From NCBI RefSeq assembly GCF_006345805.1, contig NC_043000.1, positions 85,188,001-85,252,000 on the forward strand: a stretch of DNA of 64,000 bases, written 5' to 3'. The notes below the pieces were generated by a model that was given only the letters and a program-made list of their open reading frames with translations, made no database searches and had not been told where the DNA came from. How positions within the stretch are numbered: position 1 is the stretch's first letter; every line of letters starts with the position of its first letter. The DNA comes from Octopus sinensis. Taxonomy: Eukaryota. The translations under genes were made by a program, and so were the position numbers. Shown here in pieces: positions 62,645 through 64,000 of the stretch.

Positions 62645-63076
62645 GTTAAAGCTGAAGATAAAGATCGAGGCAAAAATGGCGAAATTACTTACACACTGAT
62701 TGAGAGTAGCACTGAAAAATTACCATTTCAGATTGGTAGTGAGTCTGGTAACATTACTGTGAAGAAGAGCTTATTGGACCAACATGGAATTTATAACATA
62801 TTGGTAAAAGCTACTGACAATGGAGCTTCAAAATTATATGACCTATGTCTGTTGACCATAAATGTGTTGGATGTCAATAACAATGCCCCGAAATTTGACC
62901 AGGCTGAATATTTACACATAGAACAAAAAACCATACCTGTTGGACAGCCTGTATTTACTGTCCAAGCAACTGATGCTGATGAAGGCAAGAATGCAGACAT
63001 TTATTACAACATTAGCAGTGAATATTTTTCTATTGACCAAAATGGTATCATCACTGTATCTAAACCTTTAACCAAT
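62645..63076 (+). CDS. CadN: Cadherin exon H; phase 0 to 0 (gene continues beyond the window)
   Basis: AATAG| VKAEDKDRGKNGEITY...KATDNG...DLCLLTINVLDVNNNAPKF...ATDADEGKNADIYY... AAT|GTGAGT. Confidence 0.95.
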
Positions 63077-63689
63077 GTGAGTTCTTTTCTTTTTTTATGT
63101 CTATATTGTATAGCAGATTAATAATAATAATGACTAATTGCTCTATCTATTTCATAGGAAGGCAGTCTTACACAGGAGAGGGCAGTTTTTCTCATGACAA
63201 AAGGAATGAGCCAGTTTTAATTGGGAATTGAAGTTATAAGATATAAATCTGCTAGACAGAATTTTGTATTGCTCTGCTGTATTTCACACACACACATACA
63301 TGTGTGTGTATGAAGAGCTTTCTCTCAAGACCTCTTCCACAATGAAACGTCTTCACACATCCAAGATTCTACACAAATGTATTTTATTCAATGATGCTTC
63401 ATATGTGTGTGTATAAAAACACTAAGAGCATACAGGAAATATATTTTCTCAGATACTTAGGAGGTTACCTAGAGGTAATAGTTACCATCTATAACCTAGT
63501 TACCTAATTAGCAATGAAGGAGGAAGTTCTGAAAGTATACTTGCGAGAATAGCAACTGGCTGGAGAAAGTTCTGGGAGCCATGGCTTATTGATAATGAAA
63601 GTTTTCTTTCTGAGTGAGAGGCTGATTGTATGAGGCCTGGGTGGAAAATGTAATGGTCAATGGTAGTAAGATGTGGATCTGAATGCATA

Positions 63690-63970
63690 AGGTTTGTAAA
63701 GATTAGATAGAAATGAAGCTAGCATGCTCCTTTGAATGTGAAAAGTCTGTGTGTATGGAGGATAAAATACAAATACACTGAGAAAAACTGGGTAGGAGTA
63801 GAATCAGTTATTTGCAAGGAAAAAAACTACTGGTATAGTCATGTGATGCTCATGAATAAAGACAGCTGTATACAGATTTACCAATTGCTTAATGTGAATG
63901 GAACTTGTAATAGAAGTCAACCCAGGATGATATGGAATGAAGTAGTGAAAGTTGATCTCATGACTTAGAT
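63690..63970 (+). mobile_element. Old RTE ORF2 C-terminal relic
   Basis: WYSHVMLMNKDSC...SQPRMIWNEVVKVDL parallels 44273-44557. Confidence 0.7.
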
Positions 63971-64000
63971 GCCAATATGATAACAAATTACTGATACTTG

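Overview
AT-rich, repeat-dense eukaryotic genomic DNA. The SINE families, (TA)/(CA) microsatellites and LINE types look like an octopod (coleoid cephalopod) genome; this is an inference. The only host gene I can support is a plus-strand type-III classical cadherin (Drosophila CadN / neural-cadherin-like). It has eight GT-AG exons at 41189-63076 (1835 nt, about 611 codons) whose intron phases all chain correctly. The gene runs off the right edge, and I could not firmly place its 5' exons in the 41 kb upstream. The rest is intron or intergenic sequence filled with tRNA-derived SINEs, CR1/Jockey-type and RTE LINE relics, an internally deleted Ty3/gypsy element, hAT, mariner, Tigger and piggyBac-like relics and MITEs, a 32-36 bp minisatellite and several long inverted repeats. 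Most notable: (i) an intact minimal type-I hammerhead ribozyme of Penelope type at 61460-61539, beside a 570-bp near-perfect palindrome built around a broken second hammerhead; (ii) three consecutive cadherin Ca2+-linkers in which the conserved Asp is genomically AAC (Asn), one A-to-I edit from the canonical DxND; (iii) a LINE/SINE shared 3' stem-loop with compensatory changes; (iv) a gag-integrase fusion gypsy derivative carrying a tRNA-like block twice. All homology calls are by eye or from memory; no searches were run. Repeat boundaries are approximate unless a TIR or TSD is given.
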